A stretch of 64,000 nucleotides of DNA from Longimicrobiales bacterium (GTDB taxonomy: Bacteria > Gemmatimonadota > Gemmatimonadetes > Longimicrobiales > RSA9). Below, in pieces: positions 47,341 to 58,511 of the stretch; position 1 is the stretch's first letter; every line of letters begins with the position of its first letter. A program made the position numbers and the translations under genes. The stretch is from the NCBI GenBank assembly GCA_036381195.1, contig DASVDH010000112.1:18757-82756 (forward strand), read 5' to 3'. The notes beneath the pieces are model-generated. The model was given only the letters and a program-made list of their open reading frames with translations, had not been told where the DNA came from and did not search any database.

Positions 47341-48987
47341 TCAGGGCTCGCCAGGCCATCTCGCCACGCTTCCCGCCGGCGCCCGCCGCCGCCACGGCCA
47401 GAAACCCGCCCCCTGCGCCCTCGCCGCCCCCTCCCGCTCGATCAACCACGCCGCCACCACCAGCAGCGCCGCGAGCAGCGCGGCGCCCGTGCCGACCCAA
47501 TCCCCCCAGCGCGCGTAGAGCGTCACGGCATCCGTCGTGTACACGGTCGCCACCCGCACAGCCGGCTCGAAGAGCTCGGTGCGCTCGTAGACGCGCCCCA
47601 GCGGGTCCACGAACATCGAGAGCCCCGTGTTGGCCGCCCGTGCGATCCCCACACGCTCCTCGATCGCCCTCATGACCAGGTGCGCCGGATGCTGCCACAA
47701 CGCGCTGGTCCTCCCGTACCACGCCTCCCGCCCGTACCATGCGTCGTTCGTTATGTTGACCAGGTAGTCCGTTCCCGCACGCCGGTACTCGCGGGAGAGA
47801 TCCGCGAACGCCGACTCGTAACAGATCAGGACACCGAACCTGGCGTCCCCGACCACCATCACCCGCGTGTCCCCACCTCGCGCCAGCCCTCCGAAGTAGC
47901 GCACGTCGCGGATCAACCACTCCAGCCGTCCCGGATCCACGAACGGGATCCGCTCCACGAACGGGACGAGATGGATCTTGTCGTACGGCGGGCCGACGAT
48001 CCCAGCGCCGGTGATCAGGAATGCGGAGTTGAAGATTTCGGGCCGACCGGGCCCACCCCCCAGCCCGTACGCACCGGCGAGGACGGGGGCGCGGACCTGC
48101 GCGCTCATCGTCCGGACCGCCTCGAGCAACCGCGCGCCGGAGGGGTGCTGCAGGGCCGCGGGCAGCGCGACCTCCGGAAAGATCACCACGTCCGCGGAGC
48201 CCGGCTCGATCCGCGCCACGAGCCGCTGCAGCGACGCGAGCGAGGAGTCGATCGCCTGCAGCGGGTCCAGTTTGATGTCCTCCGGGATGTTCGGCTGCAC
48301 GACGGCCACGCGCGCGGCGGGCCGCACGACCAGTGTTTCGGCGCGCCACAAACCGTACGCCGCCGGCGTCGCTGCCACCAGGGCCGCAGCTCCCGCCGCC
48401 GCCCACGCGGGCCGCCCCGCACGCGCGCGGACCACCGCCGTGGCCACGAGCGCGTTCACCGCCGCGAGCCAGAACGTCAGGCCCCGCGCTCCCACCAGGT
48501 CCGCAGCGCCGGCGAGCTCCGGAAAGCCGGTGAGCGAGGTCCCCAGACCGAGCCAGGGAAAGGACAGGTCGCCCAGGTTGGCCTGCACCCACTCCATTGC
48601 CGTCCACAGCACGGGCGCTGCGATCGCGAGCGGCGCGCGCGCGTGTTCGCCCGCGTAATGGAGCAGCCACGCGAACACCGACACGAAGCCGGCCAGGACG
48701 ACCGTCGTCAGGATGTACGCCGGGATCGCGAGCGCAGAGTAGAAGACGAGCGCGACGGCAAGCCAGTACAGCAGGGGGCCGAAGTAGATGAGGCCGGTGA
48801 TGAAGCCTGCCCGGCAGGCGGCCCAACGCCCCTCGCGTCCGGGCTCGCGCCCCGCCACGTAGACCAGCAGCGGGACCAGCGCGACGAACGAGGGGATCAG
48901 CAGATCGAACGGCGGAAACGCGCTGGCAAGGAGGAGGCCGGACAGGACAGGCAGGCTGCGCTCGCCTCGCACCGGCCGCCCGCTCAC
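47341..48987 (-). CDS. lnt: Apolipoprotein N-acyltransferase
   Basis: Multi-TM N-terminus and a CN-hydrolase domain (VVIFPE, KIHLVPFVE, VLICYES). GTG 48987 overlaps the upstream stop (GTGA). Confidence 0.88.
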   Translation of the reverse strand: MSGRPVRGERSLPVLSGLLLASAFPPFDLLIPSFVALVPLLVYVAGREPGREGRWAACRAGFITGLIYFGPLLYWLAVALVFYSALAIPAYILTTVVLAGFVSVFAWLLHYAGEHARAPLAIAAPVLWTAMEWVQANLGDLSFPWLGLGTSLTGFPELAGAADLVGARGLTFWLAAVNALVATAVVRARAGRPAWAAAGAAALVAATPAAYGLWRAETLVVRPAARVAVVQPNIPEDIKLDPLQAIDSSLASLQRLVARIEPGSADVVIFPEVALPAALQHPSGARLLEAVRTMSAQVRAPVLAGAYGLGGGPGRPEIFNSAFLITGAGIVGPPYDKIHLVPFVERIPFVDPGRLEWLIRDVRYFGGLARGGDTRVMVVGDARFGVLICYESAFADLSREYRRAGTDYLVNITNDAWYGREAWYGRTSALWQHPAHLVMRAIEERVGIARAANTGLSMFVDPLGRVYERTELFEPAVRVATVYTTDAVTLYARWGDWVGTGAALLAALLVVAAWLIEREGAARAQGAGFWPWRRRAPAGSVARWPGEP

Positions 48988-49997
48988 GCCTCGATCTCCC
49001 TCCCTTCCTCCGCAGACCGGTACGCCAGCGCCACCAGCCGCATCAGCTCGATCTGGTCGCGCGGGAGATCCGTGACGGCGGAGCCTCGCGCGCACTCCAC
49101 GAAGTGCGCGAGCAGGCGGCGGTATGACGCGGTGTAGAGGTTCTCGTTCCCGGGCACCAGTTGCGGCGTCACATCCAGGAGCCCGTGCTCGACTTCCTTG
49201 TAGACGGCGAACGGCGCCAGCGACCCGGAACCGCGGGTCGCCAGCAGCCGCAAATAGTGCCGGTCGCGCTCCGCGACGAGACTCCAGCTCGCCGCCACTG
49301 AGATCGCCGCACCGTTCCGCAACTGGAGCAGCAGCACCGCTGAATCCTCAACCTCTATCCCCTCGCCCGGGTGCGTGTGCGCCGTCACCCGCGCCACCGA
49401 CGGGTAATCCAGCAACCACAGGCAGAGGTCGAGCACCTGTACGCCCAGATCCATGAGCGCGCCGCCCCCCGCGGTCGCCCGCCGGTGCCGCCACGTCGGC
49501 CGCACCGTCCGCACCTTGCGGTTCATCCACGCGGACTTCACGAGGAAGACCGTGCCCAGCTCACCACCCTGGAGGAACGGCTTCAGCGAGAGTGCGTCCG
49601 GCCGGTAGCGCGTGTTCATCGCCACCATCAACGTGCGCCCCGCCCGCTCCGCCGCCTCGACCACCCGCGCGGCGCCCGCCGAGTCGAGCGCCAGGGGCTT
49701 CTCCACGAGCACGTGCTTGCCCGCCTCCAACGCCGCGATCGCCTGCTCCTGGTGCATGTGGCTCGGTGTGCACACGATCACCGCGTCCAGGTCATCCGCG
49801 GCGAACACCTCCTCGTCTCTCCGGTAGACGCGCGGGATCCCGAACCGGCTCGCGATCGCCGCCGCCTTCGAGCGGTCCACGTCGCACACCGCTTCCACGC
49901 GCGCACCCGCCAGTTGCGCGAGCACCGGGAGATGCACCACCTGCGCGATGGCCCCCGTCCCCAGGAGCCCGATCCGGACTTCGCCATCCGTGCTCAT
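48984..49997 (-). CDS. Gfo/Idh/MocA family oxidoreductase
   Basis: 337 aa. Motifs IGLLGTGAIAQ and EKPLA. Confidence 0.88.
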   Translation of the reverse strand: MSTDGEVRIGLLGTGAIAQVVHLPVLAQLAGARVEAVCDVDRSKAAAIASRFGIPRVYRRDEEVFAADDLDAVIVCTPSHMHQEQAIAALEAGKHVLVEKPLALDSAGAARVVEAAERAGRTLMVAMNTRYRPDALSLKPFLQGGELGTVFLVKSAWMNRKVRTVRPTWRHRRATAGGGALMDLGVQVLDLCLWLLDYPSVARVTAHTHPGEGIEVEDSAVLLLQLRNGAAISVAASWSLVAERDRHYLRLLATRGSGSLAPFAVYKEVEHGLLDVTPQLVPGNENLYTASYRRLLAHFVECARGSAVTDLPRDQIELMRLVALAYRSAEEGREIEA

Positions 49998-50064
49998 CTC
50001 GGCCGTCCCCTCCGCCTGTCTCGCTCACCGCGCCGTCTCACGCGCCTGTGCCTCCCGTCCCCGC

Positions 50065-50772
50065 CTATCGCCCCGCGCCGCCTCGCGCCCGCCCCGGCGC
50101 GAGCCCGATCTCCGTCGCGTCACCCGTGCCCGGGACCAGCAGTGATGCCCCGACACGCAAGCTCGGGTAGCGCAGGTCGCTGAGCAGCGTGTAGCGCGCC
50201 TCCGCGAACAGCCGCAGCCGGCGCACCGGCTCGAACTCGATCCCCGCGAGCCCGGTCACGCCCGCGCTGAACGAATCCAGCGCCTCTTCCACGAACGTGC
50301 CCTCGATCACCTCGCCCCGGGCGTTCAACGCGTGCGCAGTGAGCCCCATGCCCAGGTAGGTCAGGATGCGGAGCGGCATCGCCCACACGTACTGTCCGTC
50401 CAGCCCGAGGGCAAGCCCGGTCCAGTCCACCTCGCCCAGGTCGGAACCCTCCACCACCACGCCATTGTCTCGCAGCGAAGGCAGATTGTTCAGTTGCGCC
50501 GCAAGGCGATCCAGCTCCCGCCGCTTCAGCTCGGAGCTCCAGTACGTGAGCGACGGCACGATGCGCACGCCGGGTCCGAGGTACCCGAGATCCACGCGCA
50601 TCCCGTACGAGAGCGTCGGCTCGACCATGTTCGGCCAGATGTAGCCCGCGTCCACGCCGAACCCGCGGAGCTTCAGGTTCTCGTAGTCGTAATCCGCGAG
50701 CGTCTGCCCGGCGGCTGTCACGGGCACCAGCGTGAACAGCACGACCAACGCTCCAGACCAGCATCGCATCAT
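50065..50772 (-). CDS. Hypothetical secreted, outer-membrane beta-barrel-like protein
   Basis: ATG 50772. Signal peptide MMRCWSGALVVLFTLVPVTAAGQ, then alternating hydrophobic beta-strand-like segments. I recognise no family. Confidence 0.6.
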   Translation of the reverse strand: MMRCWSGALVVLFTLVPVTAAGQTLADYDYENLKLRGFGVDAGYIWPNMVEPTLSYGMRVDLGYLGPGVRIVPSLTYWSSELKRRELDRLAAQLNNLPSLRDNGVVVEGSDLGEVDWTGLALGLDGQYVWAMPLRILTYLGMGLTAHALNARGEVIEGTFVEEALDSFSAGVTGLAGIEFEPVRRLRLFAEARYTLLSDLRYPSLRVGASLLVPGTGDATEIGLAPGRARGGAGR

Positions 50773-50849
50773 GGTCTCGCTCCATCGTTCGCGCGGGTCG
50801 CCGCCCGGCGCAGCCCGGCTCCCCGTACCGCGGCTCCGTCGGCTCCGCG

Positions 50850-52112
50850 TCAGTAGATCCGCTCGATTCGTGTGTCCGGATAGTACGCCGCGAGGATCTC
50901 CCGGTAGCTCTGCCCGGCGCGGGCACGTCCCAGCGCACCCGTCTGACACATGCCCACTCCGTGCCCCCACCCGCCACCGCCCACCGATGCGCCCTGCACC
51001 TCGCCGCCGTCGGCCGCGACGTCCAGCTCGATGAACGTGCTGTTCAGCAGCCGCCCCGCCTGGGGCCGGAGAATCCAGCGGATCGAGTCGCCGCGCACCA
51101 CGTACGTCCCCGCATCCGTCTCCACCCGCAGCCCCGCCGCACGGCCCGACGGCGTCCGGCCCGTCAGGGCCAGGCCCAGGATGCGCCCCACGCGTCCCGC
51201 CGGTACGCCCGCGTGCTCGACCAGCGTGCGCCGGAGGATGGCGGCCAGTTCGCTGCCCGTCCACGTCTCCGTCCAGCGGAAGCGATTGGAGCTCTCGCAG
51301 TAGTAGCGGTCCGTCCCCGGAATTGCATCCGAGACGGATCGCAGGTACGGCAATGGCGCATGCGGCCACACCTCTTCGATCGCAGCGGTGCGCCCGCCGC
51401 ACGTCGAGTGGTAGTAGGCGAGGATCGGCACGCCCTCGTACGTCACGATCTCGCCACGCGTCTCCCGCACGGCGCGCGCGACCACCGGCGCCTCGTGCTC
51501 CAGCCCGGAGTAGACCTGGTCCGCTACCGTCGCGTAGAAGTCGAAACCCAACGCCTCGCGGTTCCCCAGGTTGCCGATCGCATACGTGCGCGCCGCAACC
51601 GCCTGGGCCTTGACCGCCTCGATCTCCGCCTCGGGCCGGATGCCGATCTCCTCCGGGACGACGCCCAGCAGGTACGCTTCCAGCTCGAGCACGTTCACCG
51701 CCGTCACGCGCCCGGGGCCCACCGCTCGCACCAGCGCCGTGCCCCGGTACCGCCGCTGGCCGATCACCACCGCTCCTTCCCCGCGTGGCACCACGCTCAC
51801 CACGGCTGTCGTCGGCCCCACGCTGCGCCCGCGTCCGCCTCTCCCCACCAGCCGCCCCGCCTTATCCGCCGTGAACGTCCACCGCTCGCCCGGCGCTGCC
51901 GCGATCCCGGTCTCCGCACCGGCCACGCGAACGATGTAGGAGCCGTCCGCCCCGACCACGACTTCGGCCTTGTTCACGGCGACGCCGACCCGCACCAGCG
52001 GCTCCGCCGATGGCATCCTCGTCCGCACGGGCCCTGGCGCGGGCCCTGCCGGCCGGCACGCCGCCGCCAGCGCGCATGCCGCCACGAGCCCCGCCCATGC
52101 GGGCGCCCTCAT
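50850..52112 (-). CDS. SpoIID/LytB domain-containing protein
   Basis: ATG 52112 overlaps the hemL stop (ATGA). Signal/lipobox-like [19 protein letters not shown]. Motifs [10 protein letters not shown] and YHSTCGGRT. Confidence 0.85.
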   Translation of the reverse strand: MRAPAWAGLVAACALAAACRPAGPAPGPVRTRMPSAEPLVRVGVAVNKAEVVVGADGSYIVRVAGAETGIAAAPGERWTFTADKAGRLVGRGGRGRSVGPTTAVVSVVPRGEGAVVIGQRRYRGTALVRAVGPGRVTAVNVLELEAYLLGVVPEEIGIRPEAEIEAVKAQAVAARTYAIGNLGNREALGFDFYATVADQVYSGLEHEAPVVARAVRETRGEIVTYEGVPILAYYHSTCGGRTAAIEEVWPHAPLPYLRSVSDAIPGTDRYYCESSNRFRWTETWTGSELAAILRRTLVEHAGVPAGRVGRILGLALTGRTPSGRAAGLRVETDAGTYVVRGDSIRWILRPQAGRLLNSTFIELDVAADGGEVQGASVGGGGWGHGVGMCQTGALGRARAGQSYREILAAYYPDTRIERIY

Positions 52113-53401
52113 CCCAGCGCCTCCCGCAGCGCGGCGCGCGTCTGCTCCAGCGTGAAGTCGATGTCCGCGTCCGTGTGCGCCAGCGAGAGGAAGCACGCCT
52201 CGTAGGGCGAGGGCGGGAGGTAGACGCCGCGCGCGAGGCAGGCCCGGAAGAAGCGCGCGAACAGCCCCGCGTCCGCGCGCCGCGCATCGTCGAAGTCGCG
52301 CACCGGCCCTTCCGTCAGGTGGACACCCCAGAGCCCGCCGGCCGCCTCCCCCCACATCGGCACCCCCAACTCCCGCGCGTGCCCCAGCAGCCCCTCGACC
52401 AGCCGCATCGCGCGCCGCTCCAGCTCCGCGTGCGGCCGCTGGTCCGCGATCACCCGGAGCTGCGCGAGCCCCGCCGCCATGGCCAGCGGATTGCCGGACA
52501 GCGTCCCCGCCTGGTACACGGGCCCCGCAGGCGCGACCTGTTCCATCAGCTCGCGCCTCCCTCCGTACGCCCCGACCGGCAGCCCACCGCCGATGACCTT
52601 GCCCAGCGTCGTCAGGTCCGGCTCGATGCCGAACCGCTCCTGCGCGCCGCCCGCCGCCACGCGGAAGCCGGTCATCACCTCATCGAAGACCAGCAGCGCG
52701 CCGTGCTCGCGGGTCACGCGCCGCAACAGCTCGAGGAAGCCGGGCGCGGGCGGGATGAAACCCGCGTTGCCCACGATCGGCTCGACGATGACGCAGGCGA
52801 TCTCCTCGCCTCGCTCCCGGAAGACCGCCTCGACCGCCGCGCCGTCGTTGAACGGCACGCTCAGCGTCAGCGCAGCCAGCGCCGCAGGCACGCCCGGCGA
52901 GTCCGGCAGGCCCAGCGTCGCCGCGCCACTGCCCGCCTGCACCAGAAAGCTGTCCCCGTGGCCGTGGTAGCAGCCCGCGAACTTCAGCACGCGGTCGCGG
53001 CCCGTCGCCGCGCGCGCGAGGCGCACGGCGGACATCGTCGCCTCCGTCCCGCTGTTCACGAACCGCACCATTTCGACGGACGGCACCAGCGCCGCCACCG
53101 CCTCCGCCAGCTCCACCTCGGCCGCGCACGGCGCGCCGTAGCTCGTCCCGCGCGCCGCCGCCTCCGCCACCGCCTGCACGATCTCCGGCGCCGCATGACC
53201 CAGCAGCAGCGCGCCCCAGCTCAGCACGTAATCCACGTACGCGCGCCCATCCACGTCCCACAGCCGCGCGCCCTCGGCGCGCTCCACGAACAACGGCTCG
53301 CCGCCCACCGCGCGGAACGCACGCACGGGCGAGTTCACGCCGCCCGGGATCCGCCGCCGCGCCTGTTCGAACAGCGCCGCGCTCCGTTCGCCGCTCGCCA
53401 C
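52109..53401 (-). CDS. hemL: Glutamate-1-semialdehyde 2,1-aminomutase
   Basis: GTG 53401 lies 2 nt after the rimO stop and gives 430 aa. Motifs [10 protein letters not shown] and TLGKVIGGG (PLP lysine). Confidence 0.95.
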   Translation of the reverse strand: MASGERSAALFEQARRRIPGGVNSPVRAFRAVGGEPLFVERAEGARLWDVDGRAYVDYVLSWGALLLGHAAPEIVQAVAEAAARGTSYGAPCAAEVELAEAVAALVPSVEMVRFVNSGTEATMSAVRLARAATGRDRVLKFAGCYHGHGDSFLVQAGSGAATLGLPDSPGVPAALAALTLSVPFNDGAAVEAVFRERGEEIACVIVEPIVGNAGFIPPAPGFLELLRRVTREHGALLVFDEVMTGFRVAAGGAQERFGIEPDLTTLGKVIGGGLPVGAYGGRRELMEQVAPAGPVYQAGTLSGNPLAMAAGLAQLRVIADQRPHAELERRAMRLVEGLLGHARELGVPMWGEAAGGLWGVHLTEGPVRDFDDARRADAGLFARFFRACLARGVYLPPSPYEACFLSLAHTDADIDFTLEQTRAALREALG

Positions 53402-53403
53402 GC

Positions 53404-55032
53404 CTACCGCACCTTCTCGATGAAGTCGCCCGTCAGCTCGTGCTCGTCCGCGCCGGTCACGCGCACGCGCACGAACTCGCCCGCACGCACGCCGGCCGCT
53501 CCACGGATCAGCACCACGCCGTCCACCTCCACCGCGTCGCGCGATGAACGCCCCACCGCCACGCCCGCTCCACCCTCCGAGGCCGCACGGTCCACCAGCA
53601 CCACCAGCTCGCGCCCGACTTGCGCCTCGTTCCGTTCCAGCGTGATCCCACGCTGCACGTCCTCCAGCCGCTCGAGCCGCTCGCGCTTCACCTCGTCCGG
53701 CACCTGATCCGGCATCTCCGCCGCGGGCGTGCCCTCCTCCGCCGAGAACGCGAACGCGCCCACGTGGTCGAACCGGATCTCCTCCAGCAGGTCGAGCAAC
53801 GCCTGGAAGTCCTCCTCCGTCTCGCCCGGGAATCCCACGATCACCGTCGTCCGCAGCGCCAGGTCCGGCACCGCATCGCGCAGCCATTGCACCCGCTCGC
53901 GGATCGTCGCGCGCCGCTCCGGCCGCCGCATCCGCTTCAGCACCGCGTCGGACCCGTGCTGGATCGGCATGTCCAGGTACGGCACGATGCGCGGCTCGCG
54001 CGCCATCAGCTCCACCAGGTCCCGCTGGATCCCCGAAGGATACATGTAGAATAGCCGGAACCACGGGATCGCAGTCTCCGCGAGCAGTGCCTCGAGCAGC
54101 TCGCAGAGCCGCCCCGTGCGAGGGCCGCGCCGCTCGCGTCCGTTCCTTCCCGCCGCCGCGGCCGCGCGCACGCTCCGCGCCCCGGCGCCCGCGTCCACAC
54201 CGGCCATCCGGGCGAACGGCCGCCCCACGAACAGCCCGTTCCCCCCGTCCGCGATTTCCCCCGCGGTCCCCTCACCCGGGTGGCCGGGCCGAGGGAGAGG
54301 GCCACCCTCACCGCCACCAGTCTCCTCCTCGCGCCGGAAGAGGTCCCGTCCATACCACGTGGTGTCCTGGCTGACCAGTCCCAGCTCGACGACGCCGGAG
54401 GCTTCCAGCTCCTGGGCCTCCCGCACGAGCTGCTCGATCGGCGCCGAGCGATGCTTTCCGCGCATCAACGGGATCGCGCAGAACGTGCACGCGTGGTCAC
54501 AGCCCTCGCTCACCTTGAGGAACGACGTGTGCCGCCGGTTCGAGCTCAGCCGCAGCGGCTGCTCCATCGTCGGCACACCACCGTCCGCCTGGAGCAGCCC
54601 GCGCGACCGCAACTCCTCCACGAGCCGGCCGGCCTCGGTGAGCCCCAGGAACAGGTCGACCTCCGGCAGCTCGCGCGCGAGCTCCTCCTTGTAGCGCTGC
54701 ACCAGACAGCCCATCGCCACCACCGCGCGCACCCGACCCTCGGCCTTCAGCCGTACCGCGTCCAGCAGCGCGTCGATGGACTCCTCTTTCGCGATGTCGA
54801 TGAAGCCACACGTGTTGATGACGATGACGTCGGCGCCATTCGCCCCCTCGCCGACACGCGCGCCCGCGCCCGCGAGCCACGCCCGGATTCGCTCGCTGTC
54901 CACGGTGTTCTTGTCACAGCCCAGCGTGACCATTCCCACGCGCGGGCCGCGCGCAGGCGCAGCCCCGCCGGCGGGCTGCACCGGTCCCCTCAGCACGGGC
55001 AGGGCGCGGGTGGATCGGCTCTGGTGGCGCAT
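53404..55032 (-). CDS. rimO: Ribosomal protein S12 methylthiotransferase RimO
   Basis: ATG 55032. MTTase N-domain (LGCDKN, INTCGF), radical [11 protein letters not shown] and a C-terminal TRAM domain. It carries a ~75-aa low-complexity insert. Confidence 0.9.
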   Translation of the reverse strand: MRHQSRSTRALPVLRGPVQPAGGAAPARGPRVGMVTLGCDKNTVDSERIRAWLAGAGARVGEGANGADVIVINTCGFIDIAKEESIDALLDAVRLKAEGRVRAVVAMGCLVQRYKEELARELPEVDLFLGLTEAGRLVEELRSRGLLQADGGVPTMEQPLRLSSNRRHTSFLKVSEGCDHACTFCAIPLMRGKHRSAPIEQLVREAQELEASGVVELGLVSQDTTWYGRDLFRREEETGGGEGGPLPRPGHPGEGTAGEIADGGNGLFVGRPFARMAGVDAGAGARSVRAAAAAGRNGRERRGPRTGRLCELLEALLAETAIPWFRLFYMYPSGIQRDLVELMAREPRIVPYLDMPIQHGSDAVLKRMRRPERRATIRERVQWLRDAVPDLALRTTVIVGFPGETEEDFQALLDLLEEIRFDHVGAFAFSAEEGTPAAEMPDQVPDEVKRERLERLEDVQRGITLERNEAQVGRELVVLVDRAASEGGAGVAVGRSSRDAVEVDGVVLIRGAAGVRAGEFVRVRVTGADEHELTGDFIEKVR

Positions 55033-55078
55033 GATTCGGGGGTTCCAGGAATCCAGGCTGGAAGGCGGCCGAATATAC

Positions 55079-55116
55079 GCGCGGCCCGGCGGACGATCAA
55101 CGCTGCCGGGCCGCGC
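55079..55116. other. Perfect 12-bp GC hairpin after the LolA-like gene
   Basis: GCGCGGCCCGGC-N14-GCCGGGCCGCGC. On the minus strand it is followed by GTATATTC, which is only a weak U-tract. Confidence 0.45.
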
Positions 55117-55129
55117 CGCATCCGCTGAC

Positions 55130-56086
55130 TCAGCCGCGCTCCACGATGTGCGCGTTCGGCGGCGGCGTGAAGCGGAACAGCTCTTCGTCGAGCGGCTGGT
55201 TGATCTCGAGGCCGTGGAGCTCGATGAGCCGCACGTTGCCGTTCTCCTCCGTGATCTCGAAGCGGCGGACCAGGTAGTCGCGGTCATCCACCCAGATCCG
55301 GAGCCGCTCGTACCCCTGGGGCTGCTTCGGGACCAGCGTCAGGACGTACGCATCCCGCCCGCCGACCGCCTCACGCCCGTCCAGCGTCGCGTCGAAGCGC
55401 TCCAGCGGATTGCCGACGAACTGGCTGCGCAGGTCCACTCCGGTCGAGCCCTGCTCCCCCGCGGGCGCCCGCATCACCTGGAGCGAATCCACGCTCGGGT
55501 AGTAGACCCAGAAATGGCGGCCGTCGCTCACGATCACGTCGCCTGCCGGGTCCTCGAAGCGCATGAGGAAGCGGTCCGGGTGGCGCTGGTACAGTCGGCC
55601 CTTGCTCCGCACATCCGTCCGCAGCAACCGATTCCGCAACCGCTGCGTGAACTCCGCCGCCATCGTGTTGACGCGTGCGTACGCCAGGGACGCACGCCGC
55701 AGGATCGCAGCCGCATCCGCTTGCGGGGTGTCCCGCGCGCCGCTCGTCTCCGCCCCCGGCGCGGCGTCCGCTGGCTGCCCGGGCTGCGCGCCGTCCCGTG
55801 GCCGCGCCGGAGCGTCGCCGCCCGGCGCCGCGGTCGTCTCCGAGGCACCTCTCCCAGCCGTTTCCACTGCCGACGACGCGTCGGGAGCCGGCGCCGGACG
55901 CGCCTCCACGCCCCCGGACGCCGCGGCGTCCTCGCCAGCGCGGCGGCCGGCCGCCGCGTACCCGGACTCAGCCGCGGCCGGCGCGGCACCGGCCGCGTCC
56001 TCTTCCGGCATCCGCCGCCCCACGCCGATGGCCAGCGCGATCACCGCGCAGACGGCGGCCACGATCATCGCGATCCGTCTCATCAC
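55130..56086 (-). CDS. LolA-like outer-membrane lipoprotein carrier family protein
   Basis: N-terminal TM anchor, a ~110-aa Ala/Pro/Gly-rich linker, then a LolA-like domain (FTQRL...GRLYQRHPDRFLMRFEDPAGDVIVSDGRHFWVYYP). Confidence 0.72.
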   Translation of the reverse strand: MMRRIAMIVAAVCAVIALAIGVGRRMPEEDAAGAAPAAAESGYAAAGRRAGEDAAASGGVEARPAPAPDASSAVETAGRGASETTAAPGGDAPARPRDGAQPGQPADAAPGAETSGARDTPQADAAAILRRASLAYARVNTMAAEFTQRLRNRLLRTDVRSKGRLYQRHPDRFLMRFEDPAGDVIVSDGRHFWVYYPSVDSLQVMRAPAGEQGSTGVDLRSQFVGNPLERFDATLDGREAVGGRDAYVLTLVPKQPQGYERLRIWVDDRDYLVRRFEITEENGNVRLIELHGLEINQPLDEELFRFTPPPNAHIVERG

Positions 56087-56211
56087 CTCTCGCTACACGA
56101 AGGCTCCGGTTACCGCTCGTGGTACACGGTCGCCGGAGCCCTCGTTCCTGTCTTTCCGGGCCGGCCACGCCTCGCCCGGGTCCGTGGTGCGGGCGAGCCG
56201 GACGCGCCAGC

Positions 56212-58491
56212 TCACTCCCCCAGCAGCGAGTCCAGCGCCTCGAACCCCACCAGCACTTCACGCGGCTTCGATCCGTCCGGCGGCCCGAGCACGCCCGCGT
56301 GGTGGAGCTGATCGATGATCCGTGCCGCGCGCCCGTACCCGATGCGAAGTCGCCGCTGCAGCAGCGACGTCGAGCCCTGGCGGAACTGGATGCACACCTC
56401 GGCCGCCTGACGGAACAGCGGATCGCGCTCCTCAAGCAGCGTGAGCTCTGCGTCCTCGCCCTCCTCCTCCGCCTCGAGCGCGCGGACCATCTCGAGGATG
56501 TCGTCCTCCACGCCGGGCCGCTCCGCCGCCCGCTCGCGATACCACTGCATGAGCCGCTCGGTGTCTTCCGTCGGCAGGAACGCGCCCTGGATCCGCACCG
56601 GGTCCGACTGGCCCGGCGGCAAGAACAGCATGTCGCCGTTGCCGAGCAGCGCGTCCGCGCCGTTCTGGTCCAGGATCGTGCGCGAATCGACTTTCGAGCT
56701 CACGCGGAACGCGATCCGGCACGGGAAGTTCGCCTTGATCAGGCCGGTGATCACGTTCACGCTCGGGCGCTGCGTCGCCACGATCAGGTGGATCCCGATC
56801 GCCCGCGCCTTCTGTGCGAGCTGCGCCAGCGGCTTCTCGATCTCCGCCTGCACGGACAGCATCAGGTCCGCCAGCTCGTCCACGACGATCACGATGAACG
56901 GCAGCGGGCCGTCCTTGTAGATCCAGCGGTCGGGGTCGCCCTCCTCGCCTGCCGGCTCCACGCGGCGCAGCGTCTGACCGTCCAGGACCCGCCGGTTGAA
57001 CTCGAGGATCGAGCGCGCGCCGTTCTCCGACAGCAGCTCGTAGCGGCGCTCCATCTCGAGCACGGCCCACTTCAGGACCGTGGCCGCGTCCTTCGGGTCC
57101 GTCACCACCGGGTGGCGCAGGTGGGGCAGGTCCCGGTACATGCTGAGCTCGACCATCTTCGGGTCGATCAGGAGCAGGCGGAGCGACCGCGGCGAGTGCC
57201 GGTAGACCAGGCTCGTGATGATGGTGTTGATGCAGACGGACTTGCCCGAGCCCGTCGCGCCCGCGATCAGCAGGTGCGGCATCCGGGCGAGGTCCGCGAC
57301 GTAAGGCTTGCCTGTGAGGTCGCGACCCAGCGCGAGCGGGAGGTTGCTGCGGCTGCGCTGGAACGCCGACGTCTCCAGCAGGTCCCGCAGCATCACCACT
57401 TCCGGCTCCGGGTTCGGCACCTCGACCCCCACCGCCCCCTTGCCCGGAATCGGCGCCACGATCCGCACGCTCGGCGCCTTCAGCGCGAGCGCCAAGTCCG
57501 CGTCCAGCGCGGCGATCTTGTTCACCTTCACGCCCGCTGCGGGGATCACCTCGAACTGCGTCACCACGGGCCCGGTGGTCCTGCCGCCGATTCGCCCTTC
57601 CACCTTGAACGTGCGCAGCGTCTCGACGACCACCTCGCCCAGGCGGTCCAGCTCCTCATCGCTGAGCGACGCGGACCGCGGCGGCTGCTCCGTCAGCAGC
57701 GAGAGCGGAGGCCGGTCCTCGGACCCGGGGTCTCCCGGATCCTCGAGCAGCGGCTCGGGTGGCGGCGCGGCGCGGCGCGCGCCCCGCCCCGCCCGAGCGC
57801 TCCCTGCCTTGCCCTCGCGCGCGGGTTCGGCGCGCGGGGCCGGCGGAGCCACGGCCACGGCCTCCAGCGCGCCCCGGAACGGGACATCGGGCGCGTCCAC
57901 GGGGAGCGCCGCGTTCGCGGGGGCCGCGGCATCCGCCGCCCGCAGGCGCGCGCCCATGTTCCGCGCCGCACGCCACGTCCCCTGCACGGCCGCTCTGATC
58001 GGGTTCCAGCCGATCGTCCCGACGCACAGCGCGATGAAGAGGAACACCAGGACCACGATCGCGCCGAACGGCCCCAGCCCTGCGGCCAGCGGAACGCCCA
58101 ACGCCGTTCCCGCCCAGCCCGCGCCCGGCAGCGGCTCCAGCCACGGGTCCCTGCCCTCCAGGCCGACCAGCGCCGCCCCCGTCGGCAGCAGCAGCGCCAG
58201 CCCCAGCGCCAGCGCGCCCCACCGGATCGCGTTCTCCTTCTCCAGCCAGCCGAAGCAGCCCGCGCCGGCCAGTGCGGGGACCGCCACGACGAGGGGCAGG
58301 CCCACGCCCAGCGCCCGGAAGCCCCACCGCGAGATCAGGGCTCCCATCCCGCCCATGAGGTTGCCTCGGGGGAACGCGCTCTCCGCCGCCGGCCCCAGCA
58401 CCGCCGGTGGAATCAGGCTCAGCCCCAACAGTACGGTCACGGCCAGCAAGCCGATGCCGAGCAGCTCGCGTCTCTGCGATTCCGAAAGCAT
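56212..58491 (-). CDS. ftsK: DNA translocase FtsK
   Basis: ATG 58491 (MLSESQRRELLGIGLL). N-terminal TM segments, Walker A GATGSGKS and a C-terminal gamma domain (LFRQAAEVCIQFRQGSTSLLQRRLRIGYGRAARIIDQL). Confidence 0.93.
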   Translation of the reverse strand: MLSESQRRELLGIGLLAVTVLLGLSLIPPAVLGPAAESAFPRGNLMGGMGALISRWGFRALGVGLPLVVAVPALAGAGCFGWLEKENAIRWGALALGLALLLPTGAALVGLEGRDPWLEPLPGAGWAGTALGVPLAAGLGPFGAIVVLVFLFIALCVGTIGWNPIRAAVQGTWRAARNMGARLRAADAAAPANAALPVDAPDVPFRGALEAVAVAPPAPRAEPAREGKAGSARAGRGARRAAPPPEPLLEDPGDPGSEDRPPLSLLTEQPPRSASLSDEELDRLGEVVVETLRTFKVEGRIGGRTTGPVVTQFEVIPAAGVKVNKIAALDADLALALKAPSVRIVAPIPGKGAVGVEVPNPEPEVVMLRDLLETSAFQRSRSNLPLALGRDLTGKPYVADLARMPHLLIAGATGSGKSVCINTIITSLVYRHSPRSLRLLLIDPKMVELSMYRDLPHLRHPVVTDPKDAATVLKWAVLEMERRYELLSENGARSILEFNRRVLDGQTLRRVEPAGEEGDPDRWIYKDGPLPFIVIVVDELADLMLSVQAEIEKPLAQLAQKARAIGIHLIVATQRPSVNVITGLIKANFPCRIAFRVSSKVDSRTILDQNGADALLGNGDMLFLPPGQSDPVRIQGAFLPTEDTERLMQWYRERAAERPGVEDDILEMVRALEAEEEGEDAELTLLEERDPLFRQAAEVCIQFRQGSTSLLQRRLRIGYGRAARIIDQLHHAGVLGPPDGSKPREVLVGFEALDSLLGE

Positions 58492-58511
58492 GTCCCGTCC
58501 GGCACCCGCGC

